From assembly GCA_040954595.2 (NCBI GenBank), contig CM082584.2:4282110-4346109 (forward strand): 64,000 nt of DNA, in the 5' to 3' direction. A program made the position numbers and the translations under genes. Shown one piece after another: positions 46,562 to 61,376 of this stretch. How positions within the stretch are numbered: position 1 is the first letter of the stretch; each line of letters starts with the position of its first letter. Under the pieces are notes generated by a model. That model saw nothing but the letters and a program-made list of their open reading frames with translations. It did not search any database and was not told where the DNA came from. Origin of the DNA: Balanoglossus misakiensis (Eukaryota; Animalia; Hemichordata).

Positions 46562-49500
46562 TTAAGTAGACTGGGCTGCAGTGTATTCTCACACATTCTC
46601 ACAAATCATTGTTAGTTCCCATTTTGCAGAGTTGTGGCATGGATCGTTCACTAGGTAAATTTCTCCAAAAATTATGAATTCTTCCAAAATTTCTCAGAAA
46701 ATGCACCAGATGGTAGTGAGGCAGTTGTCATTGTAAGTCTGTTGTTTGTGGTGGACATAGCCATCTACCGGTAAATAAAGAGAGCATTGTTTGAATGCTA
46801 AATTATTCATGTGGCAAAATGTTACTATTATGGAAATGGGCAAATCATTGTCTTTTGATATGTATGCTTTTTTCCAACTTACATTTTTCTGGTCGTGTGT
46901 AGACATTACTGATATTCATTTTCATGTTCATTTATGCCTGTTTTGAATGTAAACTTTTGCTAGATATCTTTGCAGTTTTATATTCAGAAAAGATGAATAT
47001 ATCACCTTAAATCCAAACATCAAACCAGTCCCATCTTATTGTTGTGATGTCCATAAGATGCCTCATATAAATTTCTTTGTTGACTTATATTAATTTTGCC
47101 TTGACCTACCCACCTACCAGGAAAACAATAGAATAAAAAAAAAACATTTTCACATTGGTTTCCTGGCCAGGAGTATGAAAATATCTTATTTTTGATTCTT
47201 AATATCTTTGGCATTGTTATTCATTTTCTCTGAAAACCTGCCTGCATGTATAAGGCAAGCTGAGAGTTTTACTAAGGTTCCTAAAACAGTGTTCATATAG
47301 CAAGAAATTAATTTGCTGAGTAAATTTTTTCTTTTGCTGAATGTACAATAAGGGATGTTTTTTTTTCTCTCTCTCTCTTGGTGGCGCTACAACACTGGTG
47401 TTGTGCGAAAGACCCTCACCAATATATGCCACATTATAAAGAAGAATTAATTAGCAATGTTTGTGTGCTATCTTATCATTTTACTCGGTATTTCATTTTT
47501 CTTTTTAAGTCAATGTTCTTGGCTACAGGCATGAGTTCTACATTTATGAGTAACAAGTTCTGTGGGGACAATATGGTACCATTTTCAACTTTCATGTTTT
47601 GTAGATATGTAAATCAAGTGGATGTTATGTTTGGAGTTGTATTTACATGAAAAACATGGTAATACTAAATTGCATTTTAAACTTTCCAAACAAGTCATCC
47701 AAATTTTTGAATGAGGAGAAATTTAGTACACAGTAATTCTCTGAAAATATTCATTCAGACATGCTAAATACATCTGGGTGAGAAATTTTGATCATTTTGA
47801 TTTTTAGGAATCACGTTATTCGAAATAAAAATAACTGACCATCAAACTCTGTGTTACCAATGTGTAGGGTACTTTGATTTATTTTATTTTCAGTGTCGTA
47901 ATCATGAAAACTATGTTGAGCAAATAAAATTTGAATTAAAGGGACATAAGTTGTAATATTTGGCTTTATTACGCTCCTATGCCATATGTACATATGGTAG
48001 GGAGGATAGGTATACATGATTGGTATACATTGACACCGGATTGTGGCTGTATGTTGTAATTTGAACACGCTATATATTAAACAGGTTCCGCACCCATTTA
48101 ATCAGCCTCTATACAAACAGTATGCAGCTATCGTGGTATGCGTCGCCAAGAGAAGACAAACTGATGCAAGTACGCAAGTAATACGGCTTAATGGTCGGAT
48201 TTTAGAGGACAGGGAGAATGTGACATTTGCCAGCTCATGGGGCTTTAACATGTGTTCTTGAAGTTATTACAAAATGACAATTTGACAACTGCTCTTTACT
48301 TTGATTCTCAAACTTGTCTATTAAAATGTATGGTCAATGAGACAATGTGCTGTGGAACACAGTTGAAAATTCAAGGAAATTTAGGTGCCGTTTTATTTCC
48401 ATTCTGTTTTAAATTTTTGAGCTTGTAAATCAAATTTCCCAAATTGTCACTGTCAACCAGATAATTTTACAGAATGTTAAAAAAGAACATCTGGCTTTTT
48501 GTTTGTTTCCCTGGCAACTGCTTCGGCTCTGTCACTTAGTTTGACCAGGTGGACTCTGCTTGCTGCTGGCTACGCAGGAGCATCATCATTGAACACGCAT
48601 TCTCATGTCCTGATATGACCTTTCATTAGTCACATGACAGGGTAATAGTTTGTAGTTCTATTTTCTTGTCATGTGACTGATTCTAGCAAATCACAACACA
48701 GCATGAGCATGAGGTGTGTTAAACATTTTATAAGTAGTAAGCTTCCATTTAATGACTCAAACTGTAGCTAGTATTAAAACTCACTAAGTGGTTGGTCAGG
48801 CTTCTTATAGTGTTGTTGACACTACTTTAGCAAATATGAAGGAGATGGCATTCTGTTTTTTGTGGCTTTTGCCTTCTGAACTTCTGTGATTTTCTGTACT
48901 TTTGTGATTTGTCTGGGCACAGAAATTGTATGTATGACTGTTAGATTTTCAGTGGGTACCCAACCTTTTGTGACTGCACACAGCCTTGATAAGTGTGCGA
49001 CGCAAAGTTTGAACATGCAGAATAGGTAGTGTTATAAACTGGCCTCTGGTGGGCCCATATTGACTAGCGGATGTGCTGTTGCAAGGTTATGAGCCATTCC
49101 ATTTCTGACATGGGTAAAAGTTGGGCTGTTGAAATGTTTACAGAAAACCATACATGCAAGTACATGCTATGTAATTTTCAGTCCCATGTATTGCCAGAAA
49201 ATAAAAAAACCCTCAATTTTACAATATACTCAGACAATTGTTTGACGGTGGTAGCAATATCAGCAATAATCATGTCCTACAGTGCAAATATGCAAATTAG
49301 CTGGAAAAATGTGAATTTGGGCAAAACTCAGTAACTCAAGAACTACTGGTCAGACTGCTTTGCAAAGTGGTGTGTATTTACTTTATTGAGTTGTTTTAAT
49401 TAGGCAGGAACTCCCCTCTGTGATTCATATAAACACAGCAAATTCCTGAATGATTACGTAACAGGCTAAGTTTTAAAGAGGCCAGCAGTTCTATTTAGTG

Positions 49501-50399
49501 TATGTACAGTACATATGCCATTGGCAGCTTATGGGTCAGTCAGTGCTTGCCCATTGATCTCTCGCTATGTGTGTGTGTGTCTGTCTGTAAATGGCTAGTA
49601 CTCCGGTGTAGACTTTTTCTTGTGTAATCACTCAATGGGACCACCGTGTCCTTGACGCGATTTTTTTATCTCTGGTCTGCAAAGGTCACAGAATCAGCAT
49701 GACCTGACTGTATAGCGCCCTCTACCACCATTGCAAATTCTCTTGTTTTTCTTGCGGCAAATATGTGGTGTACTATTCTCAAAATGAGCATACAGTAATG
49801 GTGTTTAATTGAATGTTACCAAGATCTGAAATAAACTGCACTGTTGCAACAACTGGTTCAGGAAGTGGATTTTCTACCTGTGACTTTCATTTCTTGGTTT
49901 TCTGAAATTAAACAAAAATAGGATGCAACAGCCTATAACCCCAATTAGGACAATGATGACATACAAATGTAAATAGATGCGGTGCATTTAATCAAGACAA
50001 CTCACAAACCAAGTGGCACTCTCAGTACAATATTTATCTGCATACACAATTTTGATTGTTTTTGAGAAATATTTCCATTATTGTATTTGGCACAGAACGG
50101 ACCTATCATTGTGCACCACTGAATGAATGAAATTAAAAGGTGCTTCTATACACATGTATATTTTTTCAACAGTATATTATGCTGTCTGAGATTTATCATC
50201 ATTAGCATTAGGAATTTGATGTAACTTTTCTTCAGTCTTCAGAAGTCTTTGAAATATTTTGTCGTTGTCGGTCTGTGACTTGGTGTGAAAATAACTGCCA
50301 ACACTTTGTACAAGTCACGGTTTGTATTTGCAGCCACCAAAGTCATGTACTTTATGTAAGTTATTTAGTCCAGGAGCTAGGTGCCGTTAATCAGAATTT

Positions 50400-51390
50400 T
50401 TGGTAAGGAAGGTTTGAGAAGTCCATTCTATGTAAAAAATGGTGCTGATTCCAAAAATGTCAGTCTTATTGACCCCACTCAAGACAAAATTGCCATTTTG
50501 GCCATTTTTAACCCAAAAATGGTCTTTTTTAGAAAACACTAAAAACACACTGTTTTCGTCACATTCTGAGATCTGATGACATATGATATGCTTATTCTAT
50601 GTAAAAATTGGTGAATATTACGAAAAAAGTAGTCCGATTGACCCAAACAACACAAAATTGCCTTTTTGACCATTTTTTGCCCAAAAAACGTCATTTTTAG
50701 AAAAAATTTAAAACACATGGTTTTCTTCATAATGATTGATCTGGTGATATATGGAAAGTCAATTCTATGTTAAAAATGGTGACTTTAAAAAATAAAGCAG
50801 TCTTTTTGACCTCAATCAATACAAAAATGCCATTTTTGGCCACTTTTTGAGGTCAAAAAAGGTCATTTTTACAAAAAAACTAAAAACAAATTGTGTTCTT
50901 CATATTCAGAGATTATTGGATATATGAAATGTCCATTCTATGTAAAAAATGGTGCTGATTCCAGAAATAGCAGTCTTATTGATCCTACTCAAGAAAAAAA
51001 TGCCATTTTTGCCACTTTTTGCCCCAAAAACGTCATTTTCAGAAAACGCTCAAAATTTATATATTTTCTTCTTTTTTTCGGAGATCTGATAATGTATTAT
51101 ATGCCCACCCTATGTAAAATTTGGTGATTATTCCAAAAAAGCAGATTTATTGACCCATCCTAATGCAAAAATGCCCTTTTGGAAAGTTTTTGCCCAAAAA
51201 GGCCATTTTTAGAAAAAAAATTAAAAACAAACTTTTCTTCATAAAGCTCAGAGATCATGTGATATATGAAATGTTCATCCTATGTAAAAAATGGTGCTGA
51301 TTCCAGAAATAGCAGTCTTATTGATCCTACTCAAGAAAAAATGCCATTTTGCCACTTTTTGCCCCAAAAACGTCATTTTCAGAAAACTTT
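50400..51390. repeat. Degenerate ~120 bp tandem repeat array
   Basis: Recurrent CTATGTAAAAAATGGTG...GTCTTATTGA...GCCATTTT...CCAAAAA..GTCATTTT motif. Confidence 0.75.
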
Positions 51391-52119
51391 CTAGGTTACT
51401 ACAAAACTAGAATGACCAAGAAATATTGTGTGGCATCCAAGAATGCACACCACACATCCCGGATCATGTAAGGACAACTTCTCAAACAAAAGACCAGGCT
51501 TCTGTGAATTCCTTAAAATCATTTCACATCTTTTCATCTGCAGACGGAGCCTAGCAAACATGTTAACACTGCAACTTTAAAGACATACAGTCACCTCCAA
51601 TTTACATATGACCATGTATGGTTAGAAGTGTGTATCTAAGTCCTTCGAAGGACCATGTATTGGAACTTTTTTCCTGTGGCCACCCTACGAAAATCTGTCA
51701 TTGGCTAGATCTCAACTTGCCATGGTACATAAGTGTGTGGCTTAATTTGCATAGCTGTATACCTTTAACATGAGTTTCAATCAAAACTTTGTAAATTTTT
51801 CTTGGTGGTATGGTTTACTGAGACAGCATTGTCCCATACACATTGCAATGACTCAGACTGCAGCTCAATACACAAGTGAAAAAAAATTATCTGAAATTAA
51901 GAAATAAGACTTCAACAAAATTCCCACACCATAGACTTCCACTTAAAAGCTAGTGCTAGTGGACGAGATGTGGAATGTGTTTATTTTTTTAAAAGCAAAG
52001 ACTATTTTTGCACCCATTTTCCTTATTTTTAATGTTTCTCTTTGTACTTATGTGATCAAACATCTTCTCGTGTAAAGAGTATTTTTGTTGATCAGCTTAA
52101 TCGGCAAATAAAATAGTAT

Positions 52120-53227
52120 TTGTCTCAAACAGTAAATTATGTCATGTCATGTTATGTTTGTGATGTTATTAGTGGTGTCCCGCAAGGATCTGTACTCGGA
52201 CCCATCCTGTTTGTTATTTTCATTAACGATCTACCTGATTGTGTAGCATCCAATGTATATTTATTTGCTGACGACACAAAAATCTACAACGTGATCAAGA
52301 CAGCTGCTGACTCATCACAAATTCAGAGTGACTTATCTCGTCTTTCCCATTGGAGCAACGATTGGCTGCTTAAATTTCACCCTGACAAGTGCAAAGTTTT
52401 ACCAATTCATAGCAAAAATAAGTCAACAAATACTACTTCTTACAATATGTGCCGTCCAGATGGATCTTATACCACTTTAGAAATTGTTAAGTATGAAAAA
52501 GACATTGGCGTCATAGTGGACAGTAACCTAAATTTTGAGAAGCACATCCAAACCCAAGTGAACAAAGCCTATAAAATTGTTGGACTCATCAGGAGAACTT
52601 TTAACTATCTCAATAACGACATTTTCAAGCTACTATTTATAGCTTTAGTTCGCCCTATTCTGGAATATGGCGGTTGTGTGTGGAATCCGCATAAAGCAAA
52701 GGATATTGACTGTATTGAGAACGTTCAACGCAGAGCAACTAAACTGCTGCCCGGACTCAAAAATATTTCTTATGAAGAACGTCTCAAGTTACTTGATCTG
52801 CCATCACTTTCATATCGAAGACTACGTGGCGACCTCATTGAAACTTTTAAAATCTTGAGTGGCGTTTATGACTGCCGAGTATCGGAAGGACTATTCCGTC
52901 TCAGTTCGCACAAACACACCAGAGGTCATCCGCTGAAAGTTGACATAGGACACTGCAAACTGAACACTAGAAGAAATTTTTTCACAAATAGGATAGCTGC
53001 AATCTGGAACAACCTACCAGCCCAAGTTGTCACCGCAAACTCTGTGAACACCTTTAAGAATCGTCTTGACATTTTTCTGGCAACACAGCCAATGAAATAC
53101 AACTACTCCGAACCCTACATCATGCAAACCAGATCGGACAAAACTACCTCCACAATGGAATGATATGGAGCTGAATATAGAGGCTCACAAGCCTGCGTTC
53201 AGTACCTGCCTAACCTAACCTAACCTA
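52120..53227 (+). mobile_element. 5'-truncated CR1/L2-group LINE (RT C-terminal half) with a (CCTAA)n tail
   Basis: SGVPQGSVLGPILF, LFADDTK, VRPILEY, ENVQRRATK, RRLRGDLIE, TRGH motifs; stop at 53163; CCTAA repeats at ~53209-53227. Confidence 0.9.
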
Positions 53228-56200
53228 CTGTGCTGCACTTTATTGTGCTACCATGTTGAGTTGAAAATGTACTTTGTACAAGAAGTTATCTGTGCCCATG
53301 CATAGCCACAATTTTGAAGTCAGGGTACACCAGACATCACATGCTTGGACACTCTTAAACAAAGGGAAACTCTCCAACAAAATAAATAGCTAAAGAACTG
53401 TGCTTCTGATAACATGGTTTGAATAGTTAGGCTAAATGGGCAGCTAAAAATTGTGTTTTTAGAATGTGTGTCTTACTGTAACTGTTATAAGGCCATTCAT
53501 AACACTTCATATTAAGGTGGTTATGTCATTGTTCTACATTTCTCTCTCTCTCTAGCTAAGTCATCCTTAAACATATCACAATATTATTGTATTTTTGTGC
53601 TAATTCTCCAAATGTGGCTTAGAAAATTTCAAGGTCGGCCTGAAAAAATTAGGACAGACTTGCCTTGTGTACACTGGTATCCAGGCCAACCATATTGTAC
53701 ATCACCAACTTAGACTGTCGACAGCAACTTGTGCTGTTTCGACCTTTGTTATGCATACTATATAACTGTGAAGTTATTTTTATACATGTACAGCTGCCAC
53801 AGGCTTGCACCTTTGCTCTCAACATCCCGCTTATGCTGTGTAAATCATCTATTCTGATGATATAGTGCCTGCGTCGCAAATTTATTAGACAAAGTAGGCG
53901 TGAGCGACTGCTGACAGTCTACAAAACCTGTGCATGACCATGCATTATATTTACCTGCTACGACACCAGTTTCTGCATGTATAACCGATCCCACGCCAGA
54001 CACACCAACTTGCTTGGATGCCTCTTCACATTGAATTCTCTCCTGGCATCCCGGTCTCACTCATAGCCATAATTTATAGCTGTTAGAAACATAGTGATTG
54101 AAATGCAATCACAGCTGGTCTCTGACAAGAACAATTGAATGCTGCCATGGACAGTTGATTTAAATGTTTAGTGGTAAAACTCGTCAAATAGAGGAATGGA
54201 CATGTGAACGAAATTAAGACTTGTTCATTTCTTCTCTCTTCGGGAGTAACAGAGCAACATGTGAAAAGACTACCAACTGATATGGCCTGAGTAATTTGGC
54301 CGCCACGCATCTTCTCATCTGAATTTGTGTGCTCCAAGTTGACCCCTTCATTCCTACATCCGTTAACATGGTATCAGCCTGACATTTAGACAGTCAGATG
54401 ATGCCAAATGGCGGTTGTGAAAGAGATAAAAAAGGGCTGGGTGGACTGAAGTTCAGTGTGACACGCATTGTTTCCAGGGGCGTGGTAGGAGCAACCTTTG
54501 CAATGCGTTCATAAACCAGGCGTGGAAAATTCTTTGATGTCTCTGAAGCCACCTTTCAACGAACAGACTCTGTCATCGCCATGCTACCTTCCTAGAGCAC
54601 TTACCAGGAGAGACTGTTTCAGTCAATTTTGACTCTTCGGTAACTATTTGTATGGAGGCTGATTAAATGGGTGCGGCACCGGTTAAATATAAATAACATG
54701 TTCAAATTGCAACATACAGCCATAATCGGGCGTCGATGAGATGTTCGTGTATACCTATCAGTAAGTTTATTTCAATGTATCAATCAAGTTGGAAAATAAA
54801 ATCATGAAAATAATGCAGAAATAGAGGCTTTAAAGTCAAACTTGAATACTTTTATTAGCAACAACGGTACATACATGAGCTTCGCTCAGAAAACAGATAA
54901 TAACGAAATTTAATCATTTATATATTCAGTGGATTTCAGAATTGCTGTTTGAGTTTGTTATCAATGTCAAGGTCACACGATGAGTGAAAGTTGGGATTTT
55001 TAACATATCATACATTGTGGTAGGCCTACGTGCTCAAATTCGATATGAAACAATTTCCTAAGACAGAACATTCGCCCCTATATATATAGTTGTGGGTTCT
55101 CAATAATTCAGGTGTTTATTTCTATGGCAACGGTTTTCACCAATACTAAGCTACATGAGATTTTTTTAAATTGAGATTTTCTGCTTTCAAAAAATATAAG
55201 GGTGACTTTGCCCCACTTGCCTCAAATGGTACGAACTGACCATATTTGTGGTCTGGCTCATATGGTACATGAATAACTGAAAACACACAGATGGTTGCCT
55301 TGGTAATTACCCATTACCAACAACATCCCTGATAAAAACATAATAATCTTCAAAGAGCAAACATATCAGGCTATTATGAAACAAGTGTCTGTCTTGAAAT
55401 CATGTAAATATCTTTTGCCGTTCACTAGATAATCAGTTTTATACAGTGTTGTAAATTTTTAAGATTTACAGTATGGTTGCTATGACAACAACATTTTAGA
55501 CAGACGGCTACTTCTGCGACATGTCCACCAAAGATTGTCAGAAAGTTCAGATTTTGAGCTTTCAAAAAATGTATGGAGGACTTTGCCCAGCCAAAAGTTA
55601 CTAATTGTCCAATTTTAGGGGTCTGGCTTGGCGCTAGAATTCTATAATTTGCTCAGTAAATAATTCTTTAAGGATGCAAGCGCAGAACATAAACTGAAAA
55701 ACTGCGCACACTCGTCATTTTCCATAGGATTACATTGAGAATAGCTAGAAAACTTACTTCTTCTATAATTGTCATTTTCAAGAAATTTTACACAAAGCTC
55801 AGTCAAATGACACCTTAGCATCATTAGGGTCACAAAGAAAAATACATCGTTACAACTCTTTTATTTACAATTTTGACCCGATTTTCTCCCAAGACGTAAC
55901 ACAGAGAATTATTGCTGTAGTTGGAAAATTAGTACGAGAAAATTGTTTCTACGTGACCAATATGAGTCATAAGGAAGGACAGACTGCAACCGATGGCATC
56001 AGGTAGACCCAAACACGACTGACTCACACATGTGGACGTCGCTCTAAGACATGAATTCATTGAAACTGTAATACATTTATTAGTATGAATTATGATTGGC
56101 CGAAATGCTCTATACGTATTACAAGCATCAACATGTTCATGAATATGTACATAACTAATTGTTTACCATATTGGACGGGCATATGCATTATGACCAGCAT

Positions 56201-56327
56201 AGTTTATAGTTGGTGATACAAAAATTTGCTTGGTATCAAAACCACGTGGTTTCCAACCGTCGTTGAAGTGTCCAATCTGTTCGGACGTTTGCTGTCCTCC
56301 TGGGCAACGTCTCCTGCAATACAATAA

Positions 56328-56521
56328 ATACAATACAATAAATACAATGCATTAAATACAATGCAATGCAATGTAATGCAGTACAGTACAGCACAGTACA
56401 GTACAGTACAGTACAGTACAGTACAGTACAGTACAGTACAATACAATACAATACAATACAATACAATACAATACAATACAATACAATACAATACAATACA
56501 ATACAATACAATACAATACAA
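56328..56521. repeat. (TACAG)n/(TACAA)n pentanucleotide microsatellite
   Basis: Direct observation. Confidence 0.95.
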
Positions 56522-56702
56522 TGACCTTAAAACAACGAAGATGCAGACACAACGCAGTTTTCATGTGCTTCAAAAGATACGGGAGTGACATGAAAGAAGG
56601 GATGTCTGATATGGCCAAAGAGTAAGTTCTACCGTGTCCTGTCATATTTGAAAATAAAACAGTTTAAACTTAAAATTATTATGTAGGTTATGTAAGCTGA
56701 CG

Positions 56703-56815
56703 AAACAAAACAAAACAAAACAAAACTAAACTAAACTAAACTAAACTAAACTAAACTAAACTAAACTAAACTAAACTAAGCTAAATTCACTTTAACTAAA
56801 CTAAACTAAACTAAA
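56703..56815. repeat. (AAAAC)n/(AAACT)n microsatellite
   Basis: Direct observation. Confidence 0.93.
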
Positions 56816-59800
56816 CTTCACAAATTACGGTAACCTTAACTTTATCAAGTGAAGTAGAGGGTTGAGTAAATGTCAAGTAACTGGATACCTATAATCTTTA
56901 AAACAAAATTAAAGAAAATAACTACAAGTAATCGATTTCGTCGAAAAACCTCATATATAGGGATGGAATACTTAGATGCAAAATATAGTATCGTATTGGT
57001 ATTAACAACATTTTAACTCTACAATAGAAAAATATATGTTTATGTAATCTTCCGAACGATGCTAAGTTTAATGTGGAACCACTGTTTACTCACTCTAGAG
57101 AGAAGCGTGCCCAGCCAACTGGTGGTGCGTACATCGAAGGCGGGTTTCCCCTTTCATACGTCTCCTGCTCCTCATCTCGTTCCCAATTGCAAGTATCTGG
57201 AAAAGGGTATACTTTACTGAATTTGAAACTTTGTCATTTCCATTTCACGTATATGTCATTGAAGATCTTTATCACTTTAACGATACATGTATTGCACTTT
57301 AGAAGGCTGACGGGCTTTCTGCCTTCGTAGCTGTTTACTTTGGGAAGAAAATAGTTGTAGAATGGCACTGAAGCCTGTAATTGCAAGCGGTGTTTATCAA
57401 AGGCTACGATCGAGAATTTCTTACCAACATTCTCCAATGGTAGGTAGGTAGGTACGTACGTAGCACACGTATGTAATATTTGTACGTACGTATACAATGT
57501 TTGTTTGACCGTACGACGCGATATTACAAACTGCGCGCCTTTTTACCATCGCCAAAATAAATATGTCTTAATTACTACACCAATGTCGATTATATGTACC
57601 TGGTAGGCGCAACAATGACACAAACTTGGCACATTTTTCATAGTATCGGCAATTGATTTGGGGAGGAACACCATCTTGTCCTAAAACATAATACAAATAC
57701 ATGATCTTATATACTTTGATTACTTCGCATTAAGCTTACTAAACGTGATATGGTTTGATTAAATGAAAAAAACAGGCCATAATCGAATGTTTTATAGGAG
57801 GCTGTCGCCTGAAGTCCATTTGTGAGACTAATATTTCTTAACATATCGTTGGTATTGCTTGTAAAATCCAGGAGGGCCCTGTCCATCGCCTACCGCTCAT
57901 AGAACAAGTGGCGCCATCAAGCAGTCCGACCTGGAGAACATGGGGGTTTGTCTGCCCCCTCCGCCAATTTACTCTCAGGCTTTTCCATTTGTTTACATCA
58001 CAGATCCTCTTTAGGTTTCTCATTAATATATCATTTCTAATCCAAAGACTCTACAGAATCTGGAGTCAAAATATCGTATTCTGTTCATGCCCACATTTTG
58101 CAAGGATTACGATAACATGAAGAGTCTACTGTTACGTCAAGCTAAATTTGAAAACTTGCCTCTCCCAGGTTCGTATATACGTCGATCATGCAGCTAAAAT
58201 AAAATTAAAAGTACATTTAATGAGATCCATGTGTATTACGTGCGTGCCTGTCATGAATGCCATATGGCATTTATGCCCACATGTATGTATGAGAATGTGT
58301 AAGTCGCAGCCTACACTGCAAAGTATACGCCATATAAACTCCCATAAATGCCTCGACATGGACAATGTACATCAAGGCTGACAGCAAGATTTTTTGTGTT
58401 TGAAAACGCCATTGATAAACGTGCATAGAAGGCAACAGAAAAACACTTTACTGGACGTACCGTCTGTTGACTGAACTGGGTCACCATGTTTTCCATTTCA
58501 TAATAGTAAGTCCCGATCGGCTCTGTTAATCAGGAAAAGAAACAACAGGGGGGCTGCAAACATGAAAGTTATAAATGGCGGAGTACGTTCCGATCTGCAT
58601 TTTCCCTAGGCGAGCCGTAACAACACAGCCCTGCCACGCAGAGCACAGGGGGCTGCAAACATGAAAGTTATAAATGGCGGAGCTTCTGCATTTTCCCCCA
58701 ATAAACATTACTTGATGAACAGTCAGTGCCTTTCACACGTGCCGTCAACGCCGCCCCAGAGGCGGCCCTAGGGCGGCGTTAATTGGTAAGTGCCACGTGT
58801 GAAAAGGTGAGAGCGGCCCTGCGCCGCACTTTTTCTGGGACGGTGTTGAGGGGTGGGACCTGGGTCGGGGCGCCGGACTAAGCAGCGAATCAAATCACGT
58901 GTGAACAGAAACACCGCACTAAACGCCGATCTAAACGCCCTCTACCGACGCGGTTTGTCTCATTAAGCGCTGCATTAAAGGCTTTAAGCTGTAACTTTTG
59001 GGATAATTTTTATAATTTTTGTTTCAAACTGCACTACCATTAGTCCATGCAGATGAAGGCAGTACATGAACTATACACAAGCATTATAAACCCTAAATAT
59101 GAGTGCATATGCAAGTTTTAACCAGATAAATAATAAAGCTTTGCCGCAAGCGATTATGGCCGCCACCGTGGGAAAATGCAAGAAACAATGAAAATGTTGC
59201 ATTTCCGGTTATGAAACTTCATAAACAAAACATGATCTCATCCACTTGAGCTCATGGAAGTAAATGTACACCACTGAGACATCAGATTTTCATTTTTCAT
59301 TGCAATATTGCACTTTTTCTAAAATTGCAGGAATTTTCGTTTTTCTTTAATTTTTGGCCATTTTGTCATAAATAAGTGTTGATCTTGATATATTATCGAG
59401 AAATATCATTTAATAGACATAATTAAAAGCATATATGAGATTATTCAAAACTTTAATTTTTTATCCAGTTGCAGCTCATGTACCTTTAAGCGTTGAGGTT
59501 CACTTTACTAAAACAATGGCCGAAGCAGTGTCTCGAGGCAACAATTGGAGTGACACGGAAATGGCCAAGGCACATACACAGGAATTGCAAAGTCAACCTC
59601 CGACGACGATTTTGTAGCATGGACTGCAGTCTTCCAATCGCAACCTCCAATGAAAGGTTACCATAAACGGGTATCGGGTCATTCAAATGCCCATGAAATC
59701 GGCGCCGACGACGTTTAAAAAGCAAATTCAAGAGTACCATATACGGTAAACACATCACTGGATCCACCATTGTGACCTTTAGCCACGCTGCTGTGGACGC

Positions 59801-60019
59801 GTAGTGGGCGATGACCCCGTCCCTTTTATACACATGTGAATGCAAAACTATTTGAGTCGCTGATAAGAAATGTTTACCAACTTTTATAATCCCAAAAAGG
59901 GCGCCCCAGGCTAACCATGGCACGTTAATGTGTTTATTGTAGGTATATTTACCTGTGAGTGACAAAAAGATTGTTTTCCATATTTATGGACGATAGCATT
60001 ATCCAAATTCTAATTCTAA

Positions 60020-60563
60020 GGGAGCATTCGTTTTTTACAGGGAGGGGGGGGGGCGGTGGAAATCGGGGGGGGGGGGGTTTACTTTTACAAAGCAGTTTTT
60101 AGGGGGGGGACAAATTTTATAATCAAGGGATTATTATATAGGGACTGAAAGGGGGGGACTTGAAAACTTTGACGGCTAAATATTTATTTTGAGTCCACAA
60201 AAATGCAGTTTCGCGTCCTTTATTTTACAAAATTTTCTAATGTGGGAGGGGGACACCCCCTCCCAAACCCACCCCCTTCAATTCTCGGTTTACAATGTCT
60301 CCCAACACAGAATACAAATACTTACAAAATAAAAACAATGTTCAGTTTTACTACCCACTGATGAGGGGAAACATCGGTTTCAAATTCTTTTCATGGGAGC
60401 GCTGTGTCCATGATATAAGTTTAATCCGGTGGATAAACTTTTTTTTTTTTGGGGGGGGGGGTCACATTTTAGAAAAGTAATTTCCAGGGGGGGTTGCCTT
60501 TTACATTTAGTCGGCGACTCAAATTCCACCGCCCCCCCCTCCCTGTAAAAAACGAATGCTCCC
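60020..60563. mobile_element. PIF/Harbinger-type MITE
   Basis: TIR GGGAGCATTCGTTTTTTACAGGGAGGGGGGG, TAA TSD; the empty site (ATCCAAATTCTAATTCTAACCTT) is seen in paralogues at ~61913 and ~63412. Confidence 0.9.
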
Positions 60564-61376
60564 TAACCTTCTTAAAATCGCCTATTAGGCCGTTCACATT
60601 ACTCAAAAAATGCTAGGACCTTGTGGTACGTGGCCGAGCAAAACAGAAGGTGTGAACGGGTCTGGCCGACCCTTGTCCGGACAATTTTTGTCCCAGTCGA
60701 ATGAGAAGGTTCGTGGTCGACTCTGGTCCGACTCTGGTCTCAACCCGGTGTGTGTGGACACGTTTCGTCCGACTCTGGTCCTAGTTGACACCTTTTACAA
60801 TGTACATAACAGTGCAGTCTATCGTTTGAATTGACAATGGTGAAAATCGAATAAACAACCAGAAGAGGACCAACAAGGTTCTGCTTTATAAGGTCAAAGG
60901 TTGGCCAGACAACGTTGGCCAGGACGGTGCCAAACAAAATGTGAACAGGAACTAACGATTGGCTTATCTTGTCACAATCATCGGGATTAGTTTTGCCCGG
61001 CCACGGGCCTAGATGTGAACCCTCTATATTATCATAATTTTCTGACTTCCGTTTGGAGTTAAAATGTCGTATTCTGTACATGTACTTACATGTTGTACAG
61101 ATTGCGATAACATGAAAAGTCTACTGTAACGTATATCTACATGTGAAAACTTACCTGCAGGAGGTGCGGATCAAGCAAAGGTTTTTAAATGGCTGGTACC
61201 AGGTTATTAACTATAAGAATGTAAAACAAATGTTACCCGGAAGTGGTGCAGGTCTCCCACGTGGTGTTACAGGAGGCGCGGATCGAGGTCTGCCGTATCC
61301 ATATAATTCAGGCTGTGGAGGCCATTGCAAAAATAAAATTAAAAATACATTAAATGAAACGCATTTAGGCCACCAC

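Noticed and set aside
58727-59850. Harbinger-like element with a Myb/SANT remnant (MAEAVSRGNNWSDTE)
   Set aside because: Only a few residues of similarity and no confidently paired TIR/TSD; too weak to annotate
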